From positions 11,470,001 to 11,534,000 of the forward strand of contig JANJGN010000034.1 in the NCBI GenBank assembly GCA_026770705.1: a stretch of 64,000 nt of DNA. The letters run 5' to 3'. This DNA comes from Isurus oxyrinchus (taxonomy: Eukaryota). The notes under the pieces are model-generated. The model saw only the letters and a list, made by a program, of their open reading frames with translations. It was not told the DNA's origin and searched no databases. Positions 11,486 to 24,088 of this stretch are shown one piece after another; the first letter of the stretch is position 1, and each line of letters opens with the position of its first letter. A program made the translations under genes and the position numbers.

Positions 11486-13359
11486 TGCAACAAGCCTTCC
11501 GCTCAAATGCAAAACTGGGCATATTTGTTTCGAGATTATACTTAGGGCTCCAAAATTTGATTCGTCCTAAAGTGGAAGCATATTCTCCAGGCTTACTCTT
11601 TCAAATGCCTTCAACATTTTAAGGACATCAGGAAAATGCCGCGGCCTATTTAGCCTTTCTAGATATTTAACACCTCTCAGTTTCGGTATCATGCTAGTAA
11701 ATTCTGCACATTACAGTCTTAGGATTTAAATTTGTAATTCGATTATTAGGAAAAGTAATGACAGCTATGCAAGTCCAACAATTATCCAAGTTTCGAATTC
11801 TGGCAATTATTTAAGCTGCTCATATCATCATTCAGAGAAAGGCTGAAATGGTCACCTCTTTAAAGTGCAGATGGCGTATTGCATCATAGATTACAAAACA
11901 GTGACACTGAATGTTCAGACTCAAATCGTTCGTTGTTTCAGCCGAACTTGGCAGGTTTAGGGGAAGTGCTCCAACTGCTGACTTATCAATGTGAAACTGC
12001 AGGGCCAAAGGAAAGACCGAAGACATGGAGGGAAAGAGCAACCTCTTGTATCTGAGAGCAACATGTTCCTGAGGCAGGGGGCCAGAACAAATGGAAACAC
12101 TTAAACCAAACTTTAGGCACGAGGCACCAGTTGATTTATGCTCTGCTTCCCAATAATTATTCATTTTAGCACTTTCAGTATAACACCTTGTAGAGACAAA
12201 ATGTGCACTGAAGCAGAGACAGGTTTAGAGTTTGTGAGAGAGAGGCAACGAGACAAAGCGAAAGAAAAAGAAAGAGTCTCACTGTGGTTGAGATATGGAC
12301 AGAGTGAGAGATAGGGAGGGAGTGGCAGAGGGACGCACTAAGTGAAAATTGAGGAAAGGTTGCAGGACGGGGGCATGGGGTGGTGGTGGCAGCAGAGAAG
12401 GGGACAGGGAAGGGTGTCAAACTATTAGGAGAAATTAAATATATTTCTTTATTATACGTAAATCTCCAGACAGCCATTACTGCTAAACATATTAACAGTT
12501 GAACCTTGCCAGGTGAACATTGCACAGCCTTGACAGCCAGGCTCGAGGCAAAGGTTGGCATAAACTAGATTAAGTGCTCCTCTCTCAGATAGGGAAGGGG
12601 CAAAATGGTGTTGACTAAGATATGGGAAGATGAACAATGGACAAAGAGGGGGCTTTGATGAAACACAAACAGTCTTGAGTTGCAAGAATCAAGGTTCATG
12701 TATATGTGCCTTAATTCTGATTGGATAGCAAATATATATATACATGCTTTAGAATAATTGGAAAGGAAAATCGCATGTTTATGCACTCAATAGGATAGAG
12801 ATAGTATGGAATCAATGTTGGTGGTTATGAATTGGATGTCTTCAAATGAACTCAAATATATTATGATAAGAAAAAGTACAAAAGCAATGAAATGTAATTG
12901 ATCTGGGAACTAGGTCTCATTTCTTAGGCATGATTGCGCCCCCTTGCACATCTTGGAATAATGCTGGTTCAATGAAGCCTGAGTCTCGTGTGGTCATTGC
13001 GGCATCAGAGAGTGCAACATCCCCTCTTCACAAAAAAAGAAACGAGAGAGGCAAATAGACAATTGGATTCATTGAAGTGAAGGATGGGGGGAACAGTCCT
13101 TTTCACACTAATTATGTGTTAAGGTAGAATGGCTCCTGCAGCAACATCAGTCTCCTCCCTTATGTTGTTTCCGTTCTCCTTTGATTATCCTGTACTTGGA
13201 AGTGAGAGGCACTATTTAAAAGAGGCTCATTGTCATTCATAAGGCCGGAGAAAACGTAGCCAGATCTAACAAGATTACTGCTGCCGATGCTTTGAGTTTT
13301 CTTTAAGGTTTCTTTCAGAGCTTCTAACAGCTATAAATAATCGGGAAACATTTACTCCT

Positions 13360-14100
13360 TTTTTTTCAATTCATCCACGGGGTGTGAAGTTCGCTGACTG
13401 GGCTATCACTTAATGCCCATCCCTAATTGCAATTCAGATGGTGGTGGTGAGATGATATTTTGAACCGCTGCACTCCCTGTGGTGTAGGCACAACCACAGT
13501 GCTGTTAGGAAGGGAGTTCCAGGATTTTGACTCAGCGACAGTGAAGGAACGGCCGATATATTTCCAAGTCAGGTTGTTGAGTGGCTTGGAGGGGAACTTC
13601 CAGGTGGTGGTGCTCCCATGTGTCTGCTGCCCTTGTCCTGCTAGATGGTAGTGGTTGTGGGTTTGGAAGTTGATGTCCAAGGAGTTTTCTGAATTCTTAA
13701 TGTGCATCTTGTGCATGGTACACACTTCTGCCACTGTGCGTCGGTGGTGGAGGGAATGAATGTTTGTGGATGGGATGCCAATCAAGCTGGCTGCTTTTTC
13801 CTGGATGGTGTCAAGCTTCTTGATTCTTGTGGGAGCTGCACTCATCCAGGCCAGTGGGGAGTATTCCACCAGCAGGGCATTGATTTTGGGGGAATCAGTG
13901 ATGCTAATGTCATTGAACATCAAGGGCGATGGTTCGATTCTCTATTTTTGGAAATGTCATTGGCTGGTGTTTGTGTGGTGGGAATGTTATCGGCTACTCA
14001 TCATCCCAAGCCAGGATATTGTCCAGGTCTGGCTGCATTTGGACATGGAGTGCGTCAGCATCTGTGGAATCGTGAATGGTGCTGGGCATTGTGCAATCAT
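13360..14100 (-). mobile_element. 5'-truncated LINE of the same family (copy 2 at ~53940-54680)
   Basis: ORF 13423-13923 VEYSPLAWMSAAPTRIKKLDTIQEKAASLIG..HSLHHRRTVA..WNSLPN, followed by the same 3' tail. Confidence 0.9.
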
Positions 14101-15458
14101 ATGCAAATCATTCATATTTTACTATCATGCATGGATTCTATGTCCTGTTTAATAATTCATTACTTCTCTCTGTTTCCTATGCTCAGAATACCAGTCGTCA
14201 AACCCCATAGCATAAATTCATGAAACATGCACCTTTATATCACATAAACACATAGTTCTATACATATTTTAACAAAAGCATGAAAAATTATGAATGGATA
14301 TATTCGGCACCTGGAGATAATAATCCTTATCCAACATAGGCATGCTGGGTCAATAATGATGCATGGTGTAGGGTGCGGCAGATGCTGATGTTTATCTGTG
14401 AGTTGAAGTTTCACAGGATGGAGGATATGAGACTGTGATGGAGAGAAAATGAGCTTACACATCAAATTTGGGGTGGAGTTTGGCACCGGTTACAGCCTTG
14501 CAACAATAGCTGGGAAAATGGGGATCTAAAGGCTACAGAGGTTTCCACCTGAAGGTGATCCATTTATCCTGATTCTCCGCTTCCTGGCCAGTGGCCTTAA
14601 TCTACCTACTGATTCACTAAAGGCAGCTGCATCTCATTCATAGTTTAATGTTCAACAAACAATGTGACATCACAGAAATAGAGGAGAGTCGTGGTGGTTG
14701 GCACAGAGGGAGAGATGGATGTTTAGAGCAAGTTGGTGGAAACAGATCCGATATCAAGGAATTTTGCCTCCGGAAGATAACAGGTACATGAGGTAAAGTT
14801 GCACAGGAATAGTTCAGTGGTTTAACTGAAAGGCAGTAGATGGAGAGAATAGCCATATCTGCAAGTTCGCTGCCTTGATTTGGATTGCTTCTAGTGTTAC
14901 TAAGAAATAGCAGTCCCACTGAGTTCAAAACTTAAGAATGATAGTTTTGTTGACTATACTGAAGAATGCAAACTGGCTGCAGAACCATACACGGTGCTCC
15001 ATGACCAGGGAAAGACAGCTTGCTCTGCATCCGCCCAGGGCAGCTTCAGTGTTGCAGTCGGGATGCAAGCTGCAGAAGGGAGACATAAGTTGGGAGTCGG
15101 CTTAAATAGAGAAATGTATGTGATGTGTATCCATGTTCGGCATCTCTAGAGAGGAATGGGAATATCAATATGGGTGCTAGATTGCAGTTGCGGATAGGAA
15201 TTTTGGGGTTTTCTTGTGGGAAGTTATTGCTAACATTAGTGTTGAAAATTAGAACATCCAAACTCAATAATGTTAAACTGGCAGCTGGAGTGAACTAGAG
15301 AGGCAGGAAAGGAATATGTTGAATATGTGGTGAGACTCACTGATGTGATGACTTGCGACAAGGAATGATCGGAGATCTAACAGGAACTTCAAGGCAAGGA
15401 GAAATGCAAAGCATCGGTAATAAAGACAAAATACGACGCATGCGCAGAACGTGAAGCA

Positions 15459-15556
15459 AAAACAAAAAAATGCTGGAAAAACGCAGCAGGTCTGAAAGCA
15501 TCTGTGGAGAGCGAGACCGAGTTAACGTTTCGAGTCCGTGTGACTCTACTTCAGAT
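15459..15556 (-). mobile_element. Penelope-like element terminal fragment with a degenerate hammerhead ribozyme core (copy 2 at ~56026-56123)
   Basis: Minus strand reads ctgaagta-gagtc-acacg-gactc-gaaacgtta, followed by the typical cacagatgct..cagacctgctg..tttttccagcatttt tail. Confidence 0.65.
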
Positions 15557-16964
15557 CTACTAGCATGGGGAGTGTTTGGTTCCGTGGAAAAGTGGTTGGA
15601 AAAAGCGGTCAGTGAAACCAATGGTCGAAACATTTGTGACCAACATGAACTCCTCGAACTTATAATTAGCATAAAAATTTCGAAGGCTGTTGTTTCCAGC
15701 ACAGTTTGATTCCTAAAATGTCATGAATCAGTCAAATTGTCTCTTAACCATTGGTTTCATGAAGGAATAATTGCGGTTTGCTCTTCCATGTCAATATTTG
15801 TGAAACTCTGAATGCTACTCGATTGCACAATGAATTCACCTGTCTGAACTCTTACATTCCAGAATATTTCCGCCCATCCTGGGTTCTGTCACATTTCCTC
15901 TATTGGAACAAAGGATTCATTTATCAATCACACAATGCTGAGTGCAGTGAGACCCAGCAGACTGACGCAGCAGGGTTAATATTTGATTAAGTTTGCATTT
16001 TGGACGACGAACGATTGCATATTTAAAACAGTAGTGAAAATCTATTTAAATAAAAGAACGTCCATGAATATTCCGGCTTTCCTTTCATACCCAACAATTA
16101 AGTCATTTTGCTTCCATTTTTTTCTTTAGTTTCCAGTTCCTTCTTTCACTCAGTCGGAAGTTGCAACTTCCCTAACATTATTCCTGCATTTTTTTGAAGG
16201 GGCAAAGAAGGTACTACATGTTTTACTTCCTCGGGAACTTTCACACAAGCTATTAATCCCTTAAGGAGAGCTGACAGTTTCATTTCATCTCAAGCTGCAT
16301 TAAACATAACATCAATGGTTAAAAAAAAGCTATATCAATGCACCATTACCATGCGCCAAAATTTATCTTGCTCCATTTGCCAATAAATGTGCAGTTCAAC
16401 AAAGATCCATTTTGTTCTTAATTACTTCCAAGAGTGAATTTGTACAAACGGCAGCTAAAATCCACATGCAAATGAGTTTGCAGTTTATTCTGAACTCATC
16501 TGTTTCATGATTTCCCTACGGTGGAAACACTAAATTCTGAAACAAATTAGACAGGCTTCTCAAAGCCTATTTAGGGAACTATGTTCCGGTCCCTCAACTT
16601 AAATGTCACAATTAGTGTGGGGTGAGGAGGGGATGTGGGGGTGTGGGCGGAGGGCTGGAGAGGGAGTCGGGGAGGCGTGGGGTGCAAATGTTGGTTTGAA
16701 AGCGTTCAGTTCAGCCACAAAGGCATTAGTTGTCATGGGAACAAGAACTTCAAAATCAATGAATTGATGTAAATATACAGATTAAGACAATGGCCACAAA
16801 CTATGGCGATGGTCTACAATGTTGAAAGATGTGAGGCTGTTTCGAGGGCTCAGGGAAAGAAAAAAATGGCTTACTTTACAAAATTCGAGGGACATGTGGA
16901 CAGAAGAAAAGCCAATCCGTCCCGCAGACCTGTTTCACCATTCAATGGGAGCATGGTGCATTTA

Positions 16965-17300
16965 GTCATAGAGTTTTACAGACAGAAAAGAGGCCCTTGG
17001 GCCCATCTTGTCCACGCCAGCCATCAAGCTCCTCTATAATCTATTCCCATTTTCCAGCACTTGGCCCGTAGCCTTGTGTGCTGTGACGTTTGAAGTATTC
17101 ATCTAAATACTTCTGAAATGTTCATAGAGTTCCTCCCTCTACCAGCCCCTCAGGAAGTGAGTTCCAGGTATCCTCCAAACTCTGGTGATTTTTTTCCCTC
17201 AAATTCCCTCTAAATCTCCTGCTCCTTACCTTAAACCTTTGGCCAATGGTTATTGACCCTGTCACTAAGGGCAAAGGTTTATTCCTGTCTCGCCTATCAG
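16965..17300 (-). mobile_element. CR1 LINE 3' fragment (similar fragments at ~26280-26750 and ~31240-31560)
   Basis: Starts with the characteristic catagagttttacagacagaaaagaggcccttgggccca..., the reverse complement of a CR1 3' UTR and RT C-terminus. Confidence 0.65.
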
Positions 17301-18408
17301 CGTCGAGATAACATGTAAGCTTAGGGCACTAGAAGCTTCTGCACGAATGTTGGAAATGATGAAAGTCAAAAAAGAAATGAACTCTCCTGAAACCAATTCC
17401 ACGAATACTGGCCAAGGAAATGAAAGGGGTTTGCTTTGGAATGAAGAGCATATAAAGGGGGTTTATATTAGAGTTTCAGTTATGTCATGATTTTGTGCCT
17501 TATTCAATGGTCGCCGCCCGTTTGGATGCGTATTCATGGTCGAATCGCCTTTCTGATAACATGTCCTGTTATGCACTGCCTTCCCCTGTCCTCTCCCACT
17601 CACCAATACCCAAATGGAACGCTGTCCCCTCCCCTACTCCCATTACCAGTGAACTCCATAGCTCCCATCACCAGACCCTTCTGCACTGATCTCACCAGTC
17701 CCTCTGACACGCACATCACATAGCCTGCACCACACTCCAGCCTTAGTTCCAATTCCTCGCTCCTCTCAGAATTCCATCCACAAAACTCATCCTCCTTGAC
17801 TAGTTTGCCCAGTCCTGTCACCCACTCCGATCACGTTTTCACATCCCCAGTCTAATCAACTTACACCTCTCCCACTCTGATCCCTTTAGGATCTCACAAG
17901 CAGGAAGCTAATGGGAGATAGCTGCCAACAAGAAAGAAGCGTGAATTAGAGAGTGGACTTGTAGGCTTGCTTGGTGTCTCACCAAGAGGTGTCGAGGTTT
18001 GTGTGGTTGAGGTTATAGCATTTATTGTTAACAAACAACTATATACATATCTCCAAGGTATAGCCCAAGGTATAGCTGTTTTCATGCAGACGGCTCTCAG
18101 ACTCTCTACACACTGTATACTATCATGTGACACTCTACAATCTGGGCAGTATTGCTCTCTAGTCCCATATTAACTCCTGCATGCCCAACTACACTTATAC
18201 TAAATTGAATTCGTCAATGTTCATGAGTGACATTGGGTGCACAGCTCTGGGTGGGCAGTTATCAGACTCGGCAGCCTCCCTGCACTCCTCCTGTCCTCCC
18301 CATGCGTAAACCGCATTGCTGATTGTGGTGTCTTCGCGCAAGCGCAGAGCGAAGCGCCATATCACTTGCCAGGGAAATTCTTTCGATTGTTGGCGCTCTT
18401 GTGGGCGC

Positions 18409-19185
18409 AGTGTAATCTCCACCGTCCCACACTGTCAAGGGCTTCAGTAGGAGTGATCCGTTAGGCATGAACAAGGCTGTATTGAATTGTATTTTTTTAA
18501 TTGTGAAGCTGGACAGACCGTTCCACACCAAGAATTTTGTCTTCCCGAAGTACCACAACCAAACCTTCACACCATCTGAGGGTTTAACTGAAAGAAAAAT
18601 GCGTTTCCTCCGACGGTCCCATTAATCCGATTGTTTCCTGTCAGAGACAGTAAAACCCTGGGGCACAGATGAGGAAAATAAACCCGTAATGAGAAAGGCG
18701 GTCACACTCGGCACATCGTTGGCTTTTCTGTAACGATGTTGATAGTGTAATCTCCACCGTCCGAACTGGTCACTGAATTCAGCAGGAGGGACCCGTAAGG
18801 GAGGAATAACTCAGCACGTTCATAGCGTTCAATAGTTCTACCAGAGCCTGCATGGAGCCACTTCGCGATGCTTTTGTCCCCGAATTGCCATCTCCCATTC
18901 CGCACCACAGCTGACGGCTCCACCCGAAAAATCTACAGCGTTTCCTCCCACGGTCGCTTTAATCCGACTGTGTACTGAGGAGAGAAATCCAAAATAATAA
19001 AAGCGGTCAAACTCCACACAACATACACTTTTCGAAAGTGATAATAATAACATCCACTGATTTGCCCTGAGAATCTCGTGCTGTCGTTCTTCTCCAAACC
19101 TTAGCAAGAGAGATACGAGAAAGTGATCCTCACCCACAGGTATCAATAAATAAACATGTCCCGCGATAAGTGTCAGTCTCCACAT
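18409..19185 (-). pseudogene. Gene B, copy 1: CEACAM-like leader (19185-19134) plus two IgV N-domain exons (18974-~18705, 18637-~18409), both frameshifted and truncated
   Basis: Leader MWRLTLIAGHVYLLIPV-G|gtgag. N1: VHSRIKATVGGNAVDFS/VEPSAVVRNGRWQFGDKSIAKW..RAELFLPYGSLLLNSVTSSDGGDYTI. N2: NNRINGTVGGNAF/SVKPSDGVKVWLWYFGKTK..LFMPNGSLLLKPLTVWDGGDYT. The cysteine-less IgV with GSLLL..V...D.G.YT is the CEACAM N-domain signature. Confidence 0.88.
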
Positions 19186-19209
19186 CCCGAGAGAAACGCG
19201 CAAGTCCCT

Positions 19210-19300
19210 ATTACACTCGGTGACCGATCCGCTCTCCCGCTGTACAGGTCAGATCAATTTAATCGTTTACTGAAGTAGCAATACTGATTGGACCGTGGCT
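19210..19300 (-). promoter_or_regulatory. Putative proximal promoter of gene B (copy 2 at ~59790-59880)
   Basis: actcggtgac..ccgc..cagatca..ctgattggaccg blocks are shared with the gene A promoter. One CCAAT box is retained and the ETS core is altered. Confidence 0.45.
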
Positions 19301-19619
19301 GGTTCATCTGTGCTGAAACTCATTCACAGATGCTGAACATTTATGTGCTGGGCATGGTTGACATCCGAAGAAAATCTACAGCGTTTCCTCCCCCCGAGTG
19401 CTGGTCACTTGCCTGGCACCTCATTCTACGGAGAGGGAGCTGCTATAATCCAATAATATATTCGAAATATTGATGCGCGTGGCGTTTCTTTTAGTGCTCA
19501 GTCGCTATTTGTTGTTTTGGCAGAGTAACATTGGAGAGTGGGTGCAGACACGATGGAGCGAGTGTCCTCCTTGTGTACCGTTAAAACTCCGTGATTCTGT
19601 GACTGAGATATTCATTCAA

Positions 19620-19930
19620 GAACAGAAAGTTACGACCTTCCCGACTGAAGCACTAAGGAACCTCCGTGAGCTGCTTCTATCCCCTGAGATTACTGCGTTC
19701 CTCCAATTCCCATCTCTGGTACATCCCAGATTTTAAGCACTCTACAATGGTGAACCTGCTGCTCAGTTCCCTCATTCCTAAGCTCTGGGAATCTGCTCCC
19801 GAACTTTTCCACCTCTCTACCTCTATGTACTCAAGACCCTCCCTAAAAACTTCCCCTTTGACCAATGTTTTAGACAACTGTCCTAATGTCTTCTGCTTTT
19901 GCCCGGGTTCAAAATTGATTACGTAACAGG
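19620..19930 (+). mobile_element. L2-type 3' tail remnant (related copy at ~4640-4980)
   Basis: The two copies resemble each other: ctccgtgagc..cccctga.at.actgcg..cctccaattc..ttccac.tctctacctct..aaaac.t.ccctt. Confidence 0.55.
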
Positions 19931-19939
19931 ACTACGAAC

Positions 19940-21048
19940 TGTTACGACTGGAGCCGATGTAATTTACTGAGCAAACCAATCCCCAGTGAGAAATTTGTAT
20001 GACTGATGATAAACTTTTTAACGAGGGAAAAGACGGCTGATCCCAGAAGCACAGAATACCAGTAACACTTCTATTACTTAAAGATTTAAAATACTGTTAA
20101 CAACAAGAAAAAAAAGCTTAAGCACACAAGATTAAAGTTGCAGAGTTAAAACAATTTTACAAAACATCCTTCCTCCCACCACCCCCCCAAAGCACCCGCT
20201 TCGTCAGAACACTCAAGTGAACTCCTTGGCAACAGCTCCCATATAGATTTAAACTATTAAAATCCTTTACTATTACCCAATCCATGAACTGCAGGCACGT
20301 TAGTAAAGAGACATGACAAGACTTCTCATTCTCTTCCATTGCTGGGAAATCCAATAAAGTTCAGGAAACAAACTGTTGTCTGAGATAAAGACTTTTCTGG
20401 TCCCACTGGCTGATTGTTTCAGGTTTCACAGCTTTTCTCAGCAGAGTTGGTCTCAGGGCTTACACGCAACAAACCCTTCCCCATACACAGAGCCACGACT
20501 ACTCATCTAAACATGTTTCCTTAAATATCTTTTTTTTACCTTTCATCTTAGCTCTCATTGCTCTCAAACGCCTCTTTGAACTCATTTTTTTCCAAACTAT
20601 GAAAATTTTTCATGATTACCTATTGCCTCTACTTTCGTGTCAAATATAATTGAGTAGTTTACCCTTGTTTGCTTATGAACTCTTTGTAAACTGTTAAAGT
20701 CCCTTTTCACTTCTTTGAAATCCAACAGCTGATAAGTGAAGACGCGATGTATCTCATAATGCAAATTGTAAATCCACTTCATTGGCGCCCCACATTACAA
20801 ATGCATGTGTCTAGCGAAATTACACTTCTTTCTCTCAACTCCCAAGAAAAATTGCCTATATGAACAACTTAATTAANNNNNNNNNNNNNNNNNNNNNNNN
20901 NNNNNNNNNNNNNNNNNNNNNNNNNNNNNNNNNNNNNNNNNNNNNNNNNNNNNNNNNNNNNNNNNNNNNNNNNNNNNNNNNNNNNNNNNNNNNNNNNNNN
21001 NNNNNNNNNNNNNNNNNNNNNNNNNNNNNNNNNNNNNNNNNNTTGACA
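19940..21048. mobile_element. Possible solo LTR containing the N run
   Basis: Begins tgttacg and ends ttgaca (TG..CA, imperfect inverted termini), AT-rich, no ORF. No clear TSD. Confidence 0.35.
20877..21042. other. N run, 166 nt
   Basis: Undetermined or masked bases. Confidence 0.99.
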
Positions 21049-24000
21049 GGATATCATCATACTCCCTTACAATTAAAAACAATCACGTTCATCGTCTTAC
21101 CTCCCTCAAGGTAAAAAATCTGAAACGTTTATTTCAAAAAGACGTTTTCATTTGATCAACTCACTTCGTATTACTTCCTATTCATATCTAAATAAAAAAT
21201 ACTGTTACACTAGGGTGCTCATGCATCAACCATGAATAAATAAACAATTGTTTTGTAAGAGTAAAGTTCATTCCAATCCATTCACAATTTACCAACATCC
21301 AAGCAATTTTGAATGTTAGCTCTTGGCAGCGCATCTGCAATTAAATTCTCTCGCCCAACCACGAGCATCATTTTTAAATTGAACATTTGCAATAACAAAT
21401 TCCACCAGAACAGTCTGGTGTCTTGGTCTCGAAACTCTTCCAGAAACTACAAAGGATTATACTTAGCATATAAACCTGTCTCTGAAGTGTTGTTTGCACA
21501 TACACATTGAAATGATAGAAAGCTAAACCCAAACTTAAAGTCTCCTTTTCTAGAGCTGAGTGTTTCTTCTGATGCATATTCAAATGTGAGACATGTCCTG
21601 CTGGTTTCTCAAGTCCCAGTTCACTTTCCTGTAATGACATAGCGTCAACATCCACATTTCTACACCGCACATTTACCTGGATGATACCATGGAATAAATG
21701 GTTGAATTATGGAGATTATGTGATCTTCCATTTCATGAGCTTTGGAAGCTGGTGGAAGATCTGAATGGGAAGTTTAATATTATAAGCGGACCTAGTTGAT
21801 AGAGAAAAAAAATTGCCTCTGCACGGAGGATCAAGGTTACCAAGACATAGTCTAAATTTTGAAGTTGCTTCGAGGGGAATGAGCGTTTTTCATATGTTGC
21901 TCATCACTAGTGCACCAGAAGCTATTAACGGTCTTCTAATTAAAGTACTGAGTTGAACAACAGAGCAGAGGTGTGGCTGGAGGCCATAATGTTTCACCGT
22001 CATAGGCTGCAGGAGGCTTAGAGGAAAGGGCTCAGTGATCAAAGTAACAAAGTGTGACATCTGAAAATGATTACGGCATTGGTATTGCTCTGTCAGACAG
22101 GAAAACCGACTTCCAGAAAGAGAGACAGTGATGGATGATGCGAAAATGAATGGTGCTTATCATTACTTTCTAGAGTGATCCGAGAGTAATTCGGCAGCTT
22201 CGGTGCGGCAATGTGATGCTTGATGTATCCCACTGAGATTTGGTTAAGTATAGCTCAACCAGCTGTGTGCAGAAACAATAATGGCAATTGCCTGATGAAA
22301 TAGAGACAGGTGTCATTGCAAATGGGACAACTGGAATTGGAAACAGCAAAGTTATTCCTGGAAACATTAGATTAAACGTGTGGATAAGTTATTGGTTGAA
22401 TACATTGCCAACTGCAGATGTTTCACGATGAATTGAAAGGAAGAGGTAAGCCAGCTGACACATTGAAAGCGGCTTCGTCAATGAAAAGCAGACATTTTGT
22501 TCTGTTTCCAGAGGAAATCAATAAGGGAAGTGGGGAGCAATTTGTAAGTGTGTGATGAAGACAATCGACGTCGGGAATCCAGTTCATAGGTGGCACTGTA
22601 TATCAATAGCAGGAATTATGTGAAGGGAGTGGTTTACTGATCTCAGAATGGGACTGACTTCAGAGGAGGGAAGGCAAACTGAGCTTAGATGCAGACTAAA
22701 ATCATAAACGCAAGCAATCGCTCATTAGAGATTGGGAAACGATATTTAATGGTGCATTATGCTGTGGCAGTTTAAAAATATATATAAAGGAGACGGAGAG
22801 AAGTCTACTGTAACAGCATCCTCATGGATTTGTTGTCCTCCTGCTGTAGCGAATCGCGAGCCAACAATGCCCTGGAAGTCAGCAAGAAGTTACGGTCTGT
22901 GGAAGCAAAATGGAAATAATTTTGATTCTAAGCATGTACAAACAATATTTGGTGAAATGCATTACTTTCGGGAAATAGCATCACTTTATTATTTTTCGTA
23001 GCAGCATTCTAAGCTGCTGCAAGGGTGAAGTCTATTGATGATGCGTCATATTATATAACCCACCAGAATCCACTTGGAAACAAGATATGATGTGTGTCCA
23101 GAAAATATAATTACTTGAATGCTGGAAATTAGTAACAATTGGATTTGTTTCTTCAGCAATGCACAGTTGGAGTTCATGCCTGATAGAGGATCATTCAATG
23201 TTATTTTAAACAATGTGTTTGAAAATTGATCTCCAATGATGTTGCTCAGGTGCGGATTCGTTGGCATAACAATAGACTCTAGGGACAGCGCATGACAGGA
23301 ACTGGTTTGCACAAACACAGGTACGGTTTACACCGTGGGTTGCAGGTTAATCAAGAGCATAAACATTGAATTTCCTACTCTCCCCATCTTCAATGTCAGA
23401 TACTTGGTAGAGCTGCTAGTAACAACATATCATATTTTCAAACATCCGAATATGATATTTACTCAGTGTGGAATCATTTGGAACTGCACTTTCTTTCCAA
23501 GCCAAGATGGTCAATATGTCCTGCAGAGGTTGGCCGCCAAAGCTCAGCAAGCCTGATAAGTGGATTCAGAAACTGCCACGCTATCTCGTGATGCCAAAAC
23601 GATAAAGTCCAGACTAGGAGATTTCACCCACCTACACCCTAAGACCATCGAAAGGACATTTTGAATTAAAATTGCCTTTATTAAATAAAGTCAGCGATGG
23701 CATCAACCCTACTCATGATGAACGTCTTCCAACAAGAAACCAGGTTATGGATAATTTAACCAACACCATATTTGGAAAGGGGAGCTGTGAGAAGTCAAAT
23801 GTTGGGTAGACATGTCTGTTCTGGCTTCATCTTTAAGTATTGTGTGCTGAGCCACAGGATCAGCAGAAAGGGCAGGACGTTAATGTCTGCAGACTGTAAA
23901 ACTATAAGGTCTTCAAGCCTGTTCCTTTTCAGGAACACCAACACTGAAAACTGATGTTCTGGTAAAGAGACTAGAAGCATTCGTGCCCTGAAAAAAGTCA

Positions 24001-24084
24001 ATCTCTTCGATAGAATCCTGATAACCACCTCAGCACGTGACTCCGGCTGTTGAACTTAGTTTCAGAGCCTGAGGAGAATATACT

Positions 24085-24088
24085 TCAT
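24085..24088 (-). CDS. Candidate terminal exon start of gene A (AG|A TGA = Arg-stop)
   Basis: tttttaaaacatcag|ATGA gives a phase-2 compatible stop, with a minus-strand AATAAA near 23678. The alternative is read-through of the 25475 donor to TAA at 25433. Confidence 0.35.

Larger units (their letters stand above)
1..23411 (+). repeat. Tandem segmental duplication, copy 1 (left end runs off the window)
   Basis: Position 1 (taatgccagtgctgtagaag) recurs at 41288 and stays colinear to the window end (23372 ttcctactctccccatc = 63961). Offset is 41287 at the left and ~40589 after a 697-bp indel. The ORF track repeats accordingly. Confidence 0.98.

Noticed and set aside
13702-14223. 173-aa ORF, the longest in the track
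   Set aside because: Antisense to a LINE RT relic and interrupted by a stop in copy 2.
17894-18133. Ser/Thr/Pro-rich ORF as a mucin-like stalk exon of gene B
   Set aside because: No suitable splice sites identified and it lies in repeat-like sequence; unsupported.
20860-21114. ORFs spanning the N runs (also 61436-61696)
   Set aside because: Artefacts of translating N bases.
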